In this document: positions 8,404-16,985 of the stretch, one piece after another | Layout: every line of letters begins with the position of its first letter | Position numbering within the stretch: the stretch's first letter is position 1 | From: a virus | Lineage: Duplodnaviria; Caudoviricetes | DNA length: 64,000 nt | Virus record (IMG/VR): IMGVR_UViG_3300031760_000024 | Coordinates: 22,827 to 86,826 of that record | Direction: 5' to 3' (one strand) | The notes under the pieces: model-generated | Seen by the model: only the letters and a program-made list of their open reading frames with translations | What the model was told of the DNA's origin: nothing | Database searches by the model: none | Program-made: the position numbers and the translations under genes

Positions 8404-9274
8404 TAAGCGTATTTTTTACTGTTGGTTTGGTGGCGGAGAAATGTCCGACCTTAATAAGAAGTGTATGGAGTCATGGAAGAAGTGGTGTCCTGACTACGAG
8501 ATCGTAGAGATCAATGAATCCAACTTTGACTATCACATCACACCGTATGCAGAAGAAGCGTACGAGCATGGTAACTGGTCATATGTCAGCAATGCTGCAA
8601 GACTTGAGTTTCTGAAACATAATAGTGGCATTTACCTTGACACTGATATCCAGTTGGTAAAGTCGCTTGATAGCTTGCTTGAGTATGACGATGGTTTCAT
8701 TACAGAGTTTGAGTCAGGTCAGCCTGACTCTGGTATTCTTGGATGTTCAAGATGGCCGAAGTTTTACGATGAAGTATACAACCGTCTCGTGCCCGGAACA
8801 GTACTGCACAAGGAGTTTATTCAAGTAATGTATAGGGATTACAACATTCATGGTGAGAAAATCCTTAAGAACGACGATGGATTTGTTGTACTTGGCGAAG
8901 AGTTTATACCTACTGTACGTACAGGATTGTTTACACCGAACACTATTGCCATCCATCACTTCGAGAACACATGGGTAAAACAGTGGCGTAATATTACTGA
9001 TGGTTTCTACCCGTTCCCTCGGATCAAGGCTTATCTCGGTAACAAAGTGCTGCATGAGGATAAAGACCCAGAGGTTATCTTTATTTCCAAGAACCTGAAA
9101 AAGAAGTGGAGTGATGGTGACATGCTTGGTAAAATTAACTACTTTTTTAACCCGAAGGTTGTGCAGTTATCATGTAAAGATTTCGATGCACAGCGAATCG
9201 GATATGACAAGACGAAAGAAAAGCGCATGACTATCACACCGGGCGGTTTAATGGTTTGGTGGATTGCGGATTAG
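8396..9274 (+). CDS. DXD glycosyltransferase (GT32 / capsular-polysaccharide-synthesis type)
   Basis: IFYCWFGG, CMESWKKWCPDYEI, SNAARL, GIYLDTD. Confidence 0.85.
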   Translation: MIDKRIFYCWFGGGEMSDLNKKCMESWKKWCPDYEIVEINESNFDYHITPYAEEAYEHGNWSYVSNAARLEFLKHNSGIYLDTDIQLVKSLDSLLEYDDGFITEFESGQPDSGILGCSRWPKFYDEVYNRLVPGTVLHKEFIQVMYRDYNIHGEKILKNDDGFVVLGEEFIPTVRTGLFTPNTIAIHHFENTWVKQWRNITDGFYPFPRIKAYLGNKVLHEDKDPEVIFISKNLKKKWSDGDMLGKINYFFNPKVVQLSCKDFDAQRIGYDKTKEKRMTITPGGLMVWWIAD

Positions 9275-9295
9275 AAATATTAGGAGGAAAAGGAA

Positions 9296-9808
9296 ATGTC
9301 AGAGACAAGATATGAGAGTGTACCAGTTGGTGATAATGTTTGTAAACAAGTACTTAAACAGAATGAGTGTTCCGTTCTTAAAGTAAAGCGAGTGAGTGAC
9401 ACGGCTATTCTCCCAACACGAGGATCGGAGAAAGCGGCAGGGATTGATTTGTATGCAGATATACATGAGCCGTTTATTACCATTGCTCCTCAACAGACAA
9501 AGGTGATTAGTAGTGGAATAGCATGTGAGTTTCCAGAAGGATACTGGGGAGCGTTAATTCCACGTAGTTCTACTGGCATTAAGAAAGGTTTGTCATTGGC
9601 GAATAATTTAGGGTGTATAGATGAGGACTTTAGAGGCCCTATTATGATGGCATTCTATAATCACACCGATCATAGTGTTATTATTGAGCGTGGTGAGAAA
9701 GTAGCACAACTAATATTGTTACCATATTATTTGTACGACGTTGTAGAAGTCGATGAATTATCAGAAACTAAACGTGGAGAAGGCGGCATTGGTAGCACTG
9801 GTAAATAA
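9296..9808 (+). CDS. dut: Trimeric dUTPase
   Basis: AAGIDL, PRSSTG, GCIDEDFRG, AQLI, RGEGGIGSTG motifs 1-5. Confidence 0.95.
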   Translation: MSETRYESVPVGDNVCKQVLKQNECSVLKVKRVSDTAILPTRGSEKAAGIDLYADIHEPFITIAPQQTKVISSGIACEFPEGYWGALIPRSSTGIKKGLSLANNLGCIDEDFRGPIMMAFYNHTDHSVIIERGEKVAQLILLPYYLYDVVEVDELSETKRGEGGIGSTGK

Positions 9809-9856
9809 TACGCCTAAAATAATTGGCGTAAGATTATAGAAAGGAGTCGGATATGG

Positions 9857-10036
9857 ATGACCAATTACCTTAAACCAAAGGACATCCAATCCATATTAGG
9901 CTTTAATATGAAGAAAATATACTCAATTATCAACAGACCTGACTTTCCAAAAACAAAAGTCGGAAGACAGTATATCATTCCAGAGGATAAATTCTATGCC
10001 TATATGGAGACACGATGTTATAAAATTTTGTCTTGA
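9857..10036 (+). CDS. Excisionase-like helix-turn-helix protein (59 aa), not in the ORF track
   Basis: MTNYLKPKDIQSILGFNMKKIYSIINRPDFPKTKVGRQYIIPEDKF matches the HTH_17/Xis pattern; AAGGAG RBS; next to attP/int. Confidence 0.8.
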   Translation: MTNYLKPKDIQSILGFNMKKIYSIINRPDFPKTKVGRQYIIPEDKFYAYMETRCYKILS

Positions 10037-10061
10037 CAGGGTTCATATGATTTGATAATAT
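10033..10061 (+). promoter_or_regulatory. SigA-type promoter reading into the tRNA half / attP
   Basis: TTGACA (10033-10038), 17 bp, TG-n-TAATAT (10053-10061). Confidence 0.6.
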
Positions 10062-10116
10062 ACCCTTTGTGGTTACGGTAACAGACACCAAACAAATCTA
10101 AATCGGCTTAACCAAT

Positions 10117-10390
10117 GGGCGTAAGCCTGACACAAATAGGCGTAACTACTTGCAAGCCCTTATAAAATAAGGGCATAGGGGATTGGTCAAATGGTATGAT
10201 AGGGGTCTCCAAATTAAACTCCAAGGATTTGTAATTAATATAAAAATACATCCGTAAGCACTTTATTTACAAAGGCTTGCGGATTTTTTTGTTTAGTATT
10301 GTTTAGGCGTAACTAACGGTATTTAGAGGTATCTAACGGTATCTATTCCAGCGTAATTAGGCGTAAATTAGTCGCACGAATAGGCGTAAG
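10117..10390. other. attP region with arm-type repeats and core at a tRNA anticodon loop
   Basis: GGCGTAA direct repeats at ~10118, 10139, 10306, 10360 and 10383 flank a tRNA 5' half; 10-bp-period TAACGGTATC-type repeats at 10314, 10324 and 10334; lies between xis and int. Confidence 0.75.
10177..10213 (+). pseudogene. 5' half of tRNA-Trp(CCA), ending at the anticodon loop
   Basis: AGGGGAT-TG-GTCA-AATGGTA-TGAT-A-GGGGT-CTCCAAA; no 3' anticodon stem, T-arm or acceptor strand follows. Confidence 0.8.
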
Positions 10391-10394
10391 CCTG

Positions 10395-10424
10395 TTGACA
10401 ACCGAATCTTGGCTGTGATATATT
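10395..10424 (+). promoter_or_regulatory. Integrase promoter
   Basis: TTGACA (10395-10400), 18 bp, TG-n-TATATT; GAGGAGG RBS at 10433. Confidence 0.6.
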
Positions 10425-10447
10425 CCAACCAAGAGGAGGTGATTACT

Positions 10448-11608
10448 ATGAAGAAGCTTGCTAAATTACCAAGAGGAGAGGGTAGCTTTAATTACAGAGC
10501 AAACGGTTCTGTAGAATTCAAAAAATACGTCCATGTAGATAATGGCACAGTACGTCTTGTTGTGTATGGTAAAACAGAACAGGAATGTATGGAGAAGATG
10601 CGTCAGAAGGAAGCGAAGGTTAAAGAGAAAAGTCATTTCGTTTCCACAGAGTTATTAGGAGAAGCTTTAATTGAGTGGGTAAACAAAGTTAAAAAGAATA
10701 CACTTAAGAAACAATCTTATGACAGACTGATTGGAACAGCTAAACAGATCGGCAAAGCGGATATTGGTCATCATTTTTACACTGATATTGGCATTGTAGA
10801 GCTTCAGGATTACATTCAAAGCCTTATTGACAAAAGATACTCATGGTCAACCATTAAGAAATCCTATGATATTTTAAGAGCGTTCTACCGTTATGCTTCA
10901 GCAAGAGATCAGTTTCGTGATCCGATGTTGTTGGTTGTTATGCCAAGACGAACCAATGTAAAGGTTGAAGCCAAGGAGATTCAATGGTTCGAGGAAGATG
11001 ATATCAAGAAATTCACGGATGCATGTGAAGCAAGGTGGAATACAGGACGTCTCAAAAACAAATACTCATATGCACTTGCGGCGAATATATATCTCGGTTT
11101 AAGAGGCGGAGAGTTGCTTGCTTTACAGTGGCAGGATATAGATTTTGATGCTGGAACTGTGTATATCTCTAAAACACTTATTGAGTATAGAAAAGATGGC
11201 AAGACACACTTTGAGATTCAGGAATCTACGAAAAGAGACAAGAACAGATATGTACCAATGAATTCGAAAGCCAAAGATTTCTTGTTAAAACATAAAAAAG
11301 AATGCAAATTTACAGAACCTACAGACTATGTGGTATGTACAACTAACAGGAAAACGACAACACTCAAGAACATTTCTGATATGATCCGCAACATAGAAGA
11401 AGAGGCTGGTACAAAAGTAAGAGCATATAACTCACATATTCTCCGTCATACTTGTGCATCACTATATTTCAAGAAGGGTGTCCCCATCGAAACCATCTGC
11501 GCAATCCTAGGTAATACCAGAGAAGTATGCGAGAAAACCTATATTCATTTCGCAGAAGAACAACTCAAGAATGCTGCATCAAGGATTATTCCTGCAATAG
11601 AATTGTAA
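10448..11608 (+). CDS. int: Tyrosine integrase
   Basis: N-terminal RGEGS arm-binding region, GLRGGE, HILRH, C-terminal TYIH tyrosine; ILGN in place of the usual LGH. Confidence 0.92.
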   Translation: MKKLAKLPRGEGSFNYRANGSVEFKKYVHVDNGTVRLVVYGKTEQECMEKMRQKEAKVKEKSHFVSTELLGEALIEWVNKVKKNTLKKQSYDRLIGTAKQIGKADIGHHFYTDIGIVELQDYIQSLIDKRYSWSTIKKSYDILRAFYRYASARDQFRDPMLLVVMPRRTNVKVEAKEIQWFEEDDIKKFTDACEARWNTGRLKNKYSYALAANIYLGLRGGELLALQWQDIDFDAGTVYISKTLIEYRKDGKTHFEIQESTKRDKNRYVPMNSKAKDFLLKHKKECKFTEPTDYVVCTTNRKTTTLKNISDMIRNIEEEAGTKVRAYNSHILRHTCASLYFKKGVPIETICAILGNTREVCEKTYIHFAEEQLKNAASRIIPAIEL

Positions 11609-11618
11609 TCACAGCACC

Positions 11619-11666
11619 AAAAAAAGCCCAAGAGGACTCATTCCCCTTGGGCTATATTATTTTTTT
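11619..11666. terminator. Bidirectional intrinsic terminator between int and endolysin
   Basis: AGCCCAAG/CTTGGGCT stem with an A-tract before and a T-rich tract after, between convergent genes. Confidence 0.8.
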
Positions 11667-11714
11667 GCCAATAAAAAACGCGCATCTATCTTGGCACAGA
11701 CATCTTGACACAGA

Positions 11715-12947
11715 CTAATCTACCAAATATCCTTCACTGTCGAAGGTATATTCTTTACCGTCAATAATTACGGTCTCGTTCTTCGCATACCATCCGGTAT
11801 CATCTCCGAACCACCATTTCTTGGTGCCGTCCACTTCTTTCTCATGCCAAGCACCTACGTGCAGGTAAGTGAACTTGCCAGTCTTTCCGATCCAGTAGTA
11901 GCCACGTTTCTCGCCACCACCAACCGGGAAGTCATGAATCCACTCACTTTCAACCATGTCGCCATTCTTGTGGAAGTAATATGTAGCCTTACCTACCTCT
12001 TTCCAACCAACAGCCATAGAACCGTCGTTGTTGAGATAGTACCACTCGCCTTTCCACTTCTGCCAACCAGTCTGCATCAGACCGCTTCCTTTGAAGAAGT
12101 ACCACTTGTCATCAATGTACTGCCATCCAGTAACCATAGCGCCTGACTCATCCATGTAGTACCACTTGTTTCCTTCGTGTACCCATCCAGTCTTCATGAC
12201 GCCATCCGTGTCAAAGAAGTACCATTTCTTTTTGATCTTCTTCCATCCGGTAACGTATTCACCGTTAACGTAGAAGTACCAATTACCGTTCTCGTATACC
12301 CAGCCAGCTTTCTGGAGCAGAGCAGCAACGTCGTTGCGTACATCTTCCATGTTCTTGCCGATAATCTTCGGAAACCAATCGTATATATCGTCGTGGCCGC
12401 TCCCCAGGCCGAGCAAATAGGCATCCCAATGGCATAAGATCGTAGGTACTTTAATACCTTTGTAATCAATAAAACCGTGCGGATCTATGTCATATCTTTC
12501 ACACAGCCATGCGGTCATCTTAACAGCTTCATCGTATGCTTTCTGCGCATATTCGGGATCCTTCTTACTATCCTCTGCGATCTCCCACTGAATGTGCGTA
12601 TCATTCAGCGAACCTTTCTTTCCAGCGCCACATCCCCAAGGACGCCAATCCCACGGGCCAGTCTGGGTTGTGCCGACAGAACCATCATCAAAACAGCCAA
12701 CCCAAGAATTAAGTCCTGCCTGTTTGGTGGTATGATTCCAATCGTTTCCATACTTGTTTTTACCAAGTTTAGCAATCTTTTCGTCATAGTTAGCATCCCC
12801 GGCATACGGCTGTACATATCTCTTGAGCCACTTGTTATCTGCTCCCGTATCATGCCAGAGAATACCCAACGGCTTAAATGGTCTGGTCTTGCCATACCAA
12901 GTAGAGTGCGTCATAAAGCACTCAAACGGTTTCCAATCTAAAGCCAT
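11715..12947 (-). CDS. Endolysin: Amidase_2-type N-acetylmuramoyl-L-alanine amidase with choline-binding-type repeats
   Basis: ILWHDTG, HIQWEIAE, LCHWD..GHDD; C-terminal TGWQ..KWYYF repeats. Confidence 0.9.
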   Translation of the reverse strand: MALDWKPFECFMTHSTWYGKTRPFKPLGILWHDTGADNKWLKRYVQPYAGDANYDEKIAKLGKNKYGNDWNHTTKQAGLNSWVGCFDDGSVGTTQTGPWDWRPWGCGAGKKGSLNDTHIQWEIAEDSKKDPEYAQKAYDEAVKMTAWLCERYDIDPHGFIDYKGIKVPTILCHWDAYLLGLGSGHDDIYDWFPKIIGKNMEDVRNDVAALLQKAGWVYENGNWYFYVNGEYVTGWKKIKKKWYFFDTDGVMKTGWVHEGNKWYYMDESGAMVTGWQYIDDKWYFFKGSGLMQTGWQKWKGEWYYLNNDGSMAVGWKEVGKATYYFHKNGDMVESEWIHDFPVGGGEKRGYYWIGKTGKFTYLHVGAWHEKEVDGTKKWWFGDDTGWYAKNETVIIDGKEYTFDSEGYLVD

Positions 12948-12969
12948 ATTTATTCCTCCTTCTTATCCT

Positions 12970-13003
12970 AAAAAAGAAGAGGAGAGTAGTTGACTCTCCT
13001 CTT
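12970..13003 (-). terminator. Intrinsic terminator upstream of the endolysin
   Basis: AAGAGGAGAG/CTCTCCTCTT stem followed by a U-tract on the - strand. Confidence 0.7.
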
Positions 13004-13005
13004 GT

Positions 13006-13752
13006 TTATGGTTTACAATTTGTGATTATGTAATTCAGCGCAGCGTTTGTGTGATTTGTTAACCGAATAGTTGAAACCCCAATTTCTTCAAAATGTTGTT
13101 CTACTGATACATCCATATCATTGTTCTTTGTTATGTATGTGATTCCGCCCCACTGATCAAAAATAGCATATGTCGGTGTTGCCGACGTATCAGCTCTCGA
13201 CATTATCACAGTTCCACATCTTCCATCAAAGTCATATATAGAGTCCATCGTAGAATTATAGGCTAATGCTCCATACTGCACCTCAAATTTAGCAGCACTT
13301 GGAACTCCGTTATTGAAGTATACAGGCTGGTACGAATTGCCTACATTACCAGACGACAGTTGAGAAGCAGTAGTAGCACTTACAGCATTCGCTACGTTGT
13401 TAACGGTTACTTCCTGAATATCGCCAGTAGACGGCGTTAGTGTGAGAGTAGCGTCTTCTCCTGTCAGCGTGTATGTGGTATTCGTAACCGCATTAATCAT
13501 GTCGCTCGTCTTCTTAGAACTCCACACCTCATCAGTAGCAGTGCGGTTGTCATTAATAACCACTTCTTTCACAGGATCGACTTCTTCATCCCAATCATCA
13601 ATGTAAGCACCACGGTTCACATAGTTAGTCAACGGTTCGTTCTCAGGAAGCTCTACGGTATCAGCAGATACCCACGGTGATACTCTTTTGTAATCACCGT
13701 TGTCATCTACCTTGTGCAGTTTAACTGCATCATATCCACTTAAAATCGACAT
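13006..13752 (-). CDS. Tail-fibre-associated protein
   Basis: 248-aa T/S/N-rich ORF at the end of the fibre array; contains the fibre-like segment VGNSYQPVYFNNGVP. Confidence 0.65.
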   Translation of the reverse strand: MSILSGYDAVKLHKVDDNGDYKRVSPWVSADTVELPENEPLTNYVNRGAYIDDWDEEVDPVKEVVINDNRTATDEVWSSKKTSDMINAVTNTTYTLTGEDATLTLTPSTGDIQEVTVNNVANAVSATTASQLSSGNVGNSYQPVYFNNGVPSAAKFEVQYGALAYNSTMDSIYDFDGRCGTVIMSRADTSATPTYAIFDQWGGITYITKNNDMDVSVEQHFEEIGVSTIRLTNHTNAALNYIITNCKP

Positions 13753-13779
13753 TTGGTCATATCACCTCCTTAAAGCATC

Positions 13780-15288
13780 TTACGATATTGTCAGGGGATT
13801 ACGATCAATCACAACTCTAATAAGGCCATCTATATTTGTTATATGAGACTCGTCTTCTGAATTACACCATACTCCAACAGCCAATGGTGCACCATAATAG
13901 CTATTTACACCAACGTGCAAATGAGTACCTTTTGTATATTGCTGAGGTGTTTTATCGGTAACCGCAAATTCAAGTGTGTGTCCATATCCCCAACTACCAC
14001 TACCATAGGCTGATCGTCCAAAATATGATTCATACACACAATAGTCAACGTTATCATACTTATAAGTTATATAGTATGTGACCATAATACTCTGGTTATA
14101 ATCAAGATCGCCACCTATATCAACAGACCCTAAACCAGTTACATAAATCGTTTTTTCATATGTATCACCTAACGCAGACTTGATCAAATCCAAAATCGGT
14201 TGCTCACCCTGCGTGATATACTCCACCTCCATATCCCCCGTACTGCTCTCTATGTGGTTGTAGCCGGAGAGAGATTTGATAGGTAGGTTGGTGGGGGTGA
14301 CGGATGAGGTTGTGGGGGTGGCGAGTTCGTAAGCAAGCATTACACCATCAACCGCATTCGCGAAATCTGTAGCCTCTGTAAATCGGGTGTCTTTGAAATA
14401 GATTTCTCTGTAATTGTCTCTTGACTTATAGTAAGCCATGAATGAACAATCGGGCTTAGTAACGAGATCGGGAGTACCTGTCATCGTTGTTCCGACATAA
14501 TTATATGCGGAGCTTAACATGATAACATTGGAGACAAATTTATAATCCGGCAAAGTCGCATAGAATGTTCCTGTGATTGTACTTGACTTATTCCATGTCA
14601 AATCTCCCATATCAATGACGGTCATATCACTCGTCACTTCCCCCTTCACCACATCCTCACTCCCTCTATATATAGCAGAGGGGTAGGTGGTGGTGTGGGT
14701 GGTTCTTACATAAGGCTCGTAGTCATGTGGTGTTTCACCTTTTTCTACCATTACGTTATCAATGTTTTCTGTTCTAAAATCGAACCTTAAATATTTTGCA
14801 TTTGCAGGGCTTTCTCGTGTTGTAAAACTTGAATTTCCACTAATATATGTTTTACTGCTGTCATAAAAAGCAACGGCACAAGTAGATGTCTGTGGAATCG
14901 TTAGAGTGTATTTTGTTAATGGTTCAATTTCAATATAATCTGACAAACTCCATGACGTTGTTAAATAAGGATCTCCTGTATTCGGATTCAATGCTTTGCC
15001 TGTTAAAATGTCTGGATCATTTTTATCAAACAGATTCTTCCCCCTCACCTCAATCTCCCCCTCCGTATATGCCACGATAGGACGGATATTATCGGGTGAG
15101 GGTGTACCCGTGCCGCTCTGATATCCCATGATCTGTGTCACGCACTTCACAAGCGGCGCATCTGCTCCGTCTGTAAATTCTAAAACTCTAGAACCAGTTT
15201 CGCTTGTTGCTGTTCTTGTTGGGTCTGCTTGTATGTCATATATTTCATCATCAGGCATGAGCTTAATTTGTTTTATTGTTTCATTCAT
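13780..15288 (-). CDS. Tail fibre / receptor-binding protein
   Basis: GKNLFD, VMVEKGETPHDYEPY and LAYELATPT segments typical of siphophage fibre proteins. Confidence 0.7.
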   Translation of the reverse strand: MNETIKQIKLMPDDEIYDIQADPTRTATSETGSRVLEFTDGADAPLVKCVTQIMGYQSGTGTPSPDNIRPIVAYTEGEIEVRGKNLFDKNDPDILTGKALNPNTGDPYLTTSWSLSDYIEIEPLTKYTLTIPQTSTCAVAFYDSSKTYISGNSSFTTRESPANAKYLRFDFRTENIDNVMVEKGETPHDYEPYVRTTHTTTYPSAIYRGSEDVVKGEVTSDMTVIDMGDLTWNKSSTITGTFYATLPDYKFVSNVIMLSSAYNYVGTTMTGTPDLVTKPDCSFMAYYKSRDNYREIYFKDTRFTEATDFANAVDGVMLAYELATPTTSSVTPTNLPIKSLSGYNHIESSTGDMEVEYITQGEQPILDLIKSALGDTYEKTIYVTGLGSVDIGGDLDYNQSIMVTYYITYKYDNVDYCVYESYFGRSAYGSGSWGYGHTLEFAVTDKTPQQYTKGTHLHVGVNSYYGAPLAVGVWCNSEDESHITNIDGLIRVVIDRNPLTIS

Positions 15289-16229
15289 GAATCTACCTCC
15301 TTTTCATAATTAAAATATGGATACTCGGAGTTATCAGGTGGATACCATTCAGGATGAGTCTGCGGAGAAATTAAAAATTCATCGGACATAAGCCGATGAA
15401 TCGTTAGTTTATCACGCTCCTTAAATGGGATTCTTTTCATTGGTATATTATGCTCCCAAGCCCATTTATTCTTAAATAGATCATGACTATGTGTTTTAAG
15501 ATAATGATCCTCTGTATCCCATCCAACACCTCGATAATCAAAATGTTGCTTTCCATCGAATTCAATAATACAAGGATCATCATGAATATAAAAATCAAAA
15601 AAGCCGTAGTATCCAGTATCAGGAAACTTACAGCTTTCAAAGGTTTTATTATTAGTATATGTAATATTATTTTCTTTTAATAATCTCTTAATATGGATTT
15701 CGCCAATAGATACACCCATACATCCGCATGATCGAGTATGTTCGTTGCGGAGATTCCCACCGCTAACTTCTATCATACTACCACAACTACATTCACATAA
15801 AAACATGTGTTTATTATTTATGTATTTTGTGTGTTGGATAACTGTTAATTCACCGAAAGTTTTACCAATCATTGTATTTACATAATGATTTTTACAAGCA
15901 ATAGATTTACTATTTCTTAAGACAGAAGATGTATATTTGCATTCTTCTCCGCAACTACATTTACATAACCATATGGATCTACGCTTACTATCATTTCCAA
16001 TCTTTTTTAGTATAGTTAATTCTCCAAGCTTTTGCCCTGTTAAATCAAAACCGCCGTGTTTACCGCAACTTTTTGTATGACCGTTTTTTAAATCACGCCC
16101 AATAACAACCACATGATTCCCACAATCACACACACATTCCCAACATGCGCGTTTAAGATTATTTTCAACTCTACGCAAGACAACCAATTTCCCGAACCGC
16201 TGTCCTGTTAAATCTATCAGCTTGCTCAT
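15285..16229 (-). CDS. Free-standing homing-type endonuclease: three DLTG..FG.L/CxCxCG repeats plus a C-terminal PD-(D/E)xK-like domain
   Basis: DLTGQRFGKL..WECVCDCGN..TKSCG repeated three times; GEIHI..L..NNI, FDFY, IIEFDGKQH. Confidence 0.8.
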   Translation of the reverse strand: MSKLIDLTGQRFGKLVVLRRVENNLKRACWECVCDCGNHVVVIGRDLKNGHTKSCGKHGGFDLTGQKLGELTILKKIGNDSKRRSIWLCKCSCGEECKYTSSVLRNSKSIACKNHYVNTMIGKTFGELTVIQHTKYINNKHMFLCECSCGSMIEVSGGNLRNEHTRSCGCMGVSIGEIHIKRLLKENNITYTNNKTFESCKFPDTGYYGFFDFYIHDDPCIIEFDGKQHFDYRGVGWDTEDHYLKTHSHDLFKNKWAWEHNIPMKRIPFKERDKLTIHRLMSDEFLISPQTHPEWYPPDNSEYPYFNYEKEVDS

Positions 16230-16232
16230 ACA

Positions 16233-16592
16233 TTAATGCGTAGTGATAGTCAGCACTTTGTTCGATACACTAAATGTCGGCATAGCTGCGGCAACACCTT
16301 TACCGCTGATAGGAGCCTCGCTTGTTGCGCTATATGTGTGAACAACATCACTTGCAGGTCTAGCGTCTGTAAGTCTTGTATCATTACCTTTGACTACCTG
16401 ACTCGAAGATGCATTACCACTTGCCGCCACATCAAGAGCAGAAGCAGTACCAAGAGTCGGCAGTCCTTCCAGGTCGGCATAGTTACCACTAAACGTATCC
16501 AGATTATCAATTGCATCGGCAACCGCTTCTATCTGTGCTACTATGTCCTGACCAGTCTCATCTAATATAACTGGTTTTGTAATTTGACTCAT
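16233..16592 (-). CDS. Short fibre-like protein
   Basis: N-terminus MSQITKPVILDETG resembles that of 16986-19100; carries the LGTA..DV..SGNAS..QVV.GND.R repeat shared with 19115-20053. Confidence 0.7.
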   Translation of the reverse strand: MSQITKPVILDETGQDIVAQIEAVADAIDNLDTFSGNYADLEGLPTLGTASALDVAASGNASSSQVVKGNDTRLTDARPASDVVHTYSATSEAPISGKGVAAAMPTFSVSNKVLTITTH

Positions 16593-16620
16593 ATTAGATT
16601 TCTCCTTTTGTATATAATTA

Positions 16621-16653
16621 AAAAAGGAGTTGACACCGAAGCATCAACTCCTT
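16621..16653 (-). terminator. Intrinsic terminator; its stem contains a + strand promoter consensus
   Basis: GGAGTTGA/TCAACTCC stem with a U-tract on the - strand; TTGACA (16630)-17 bp-TAAACT (16653) on the + strand. Confidence 0.7.
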
Positions 16654-16696
16654 AAACTACATGTGACACGACGGGCGAACCGTCGACTAAAAATCG

Positions 16697-16773
16697 CTTA
16701 ATATAATTAAGTGAGAGTTATAAGATACTTAATAATGTTAAGCGTATGAATGTTTACACTTAACAAAGTAAAG
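16697..16773. repeat. Three palindromic CTTAA-N5-T(T/A)AAG boxes at 31-bp period
   Basis: Copies start at 16697, 16728 and 16759. Confidence 0.7.
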
Positions 16774-16814
16774 TATTTTATCCAATAAAATAATGGTTTT
16801 ATGGGGTTCATGAA

Positions 16815-16955
16815 TTAACTATGTTCTTTTGCTATTTTCTTAATAGCTTCCATAGTTAGTTGTTTTGTCTGCAACATGTTCCTGATTTGCAGCTCTCTGT
16901 CTTGTTGTACCATTTTTGGATCGATATATACACGACCAGAATCATCTGATTTCAT
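16815..16955 (-). CDS. 46-aa small protein (MKSDDSGRVYIDPKM...), not in the ORF track
   Basis: Strong AAGGAGGA RBS; TAA stop at 16815-16817. Confidence 0.65.
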   Translation of the reverse strand: MKSDDSGRVYIDPKMVQQDRELQIRNMLQTKQLTMEAIKKIAKEHS

Positions 16956-16985
16956 TGTTCAGTCCTCCTTAATGGTTTTATGGGG

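Noticed and set aside
10177-10260. Complete or intron-split tRNA-Trp
   Set aside because: No 3' anticodon stem, T-arm or acceptor strand downstream, and I did not spot one elsewhere in the window.
10314-10390. Mini CRISPR array
   Set aside because: Repeats are only 7-10 bp with no 25-40-nt unique spacers; they fit Int/Xis binding sites.
16230-16260. A third copy of the leader RNA before the CxC-repeat nuclease
   Set aside because: The gene starts 3 nt after the upstream stop, and no GACA/UAGCU/UGUC elements are present.
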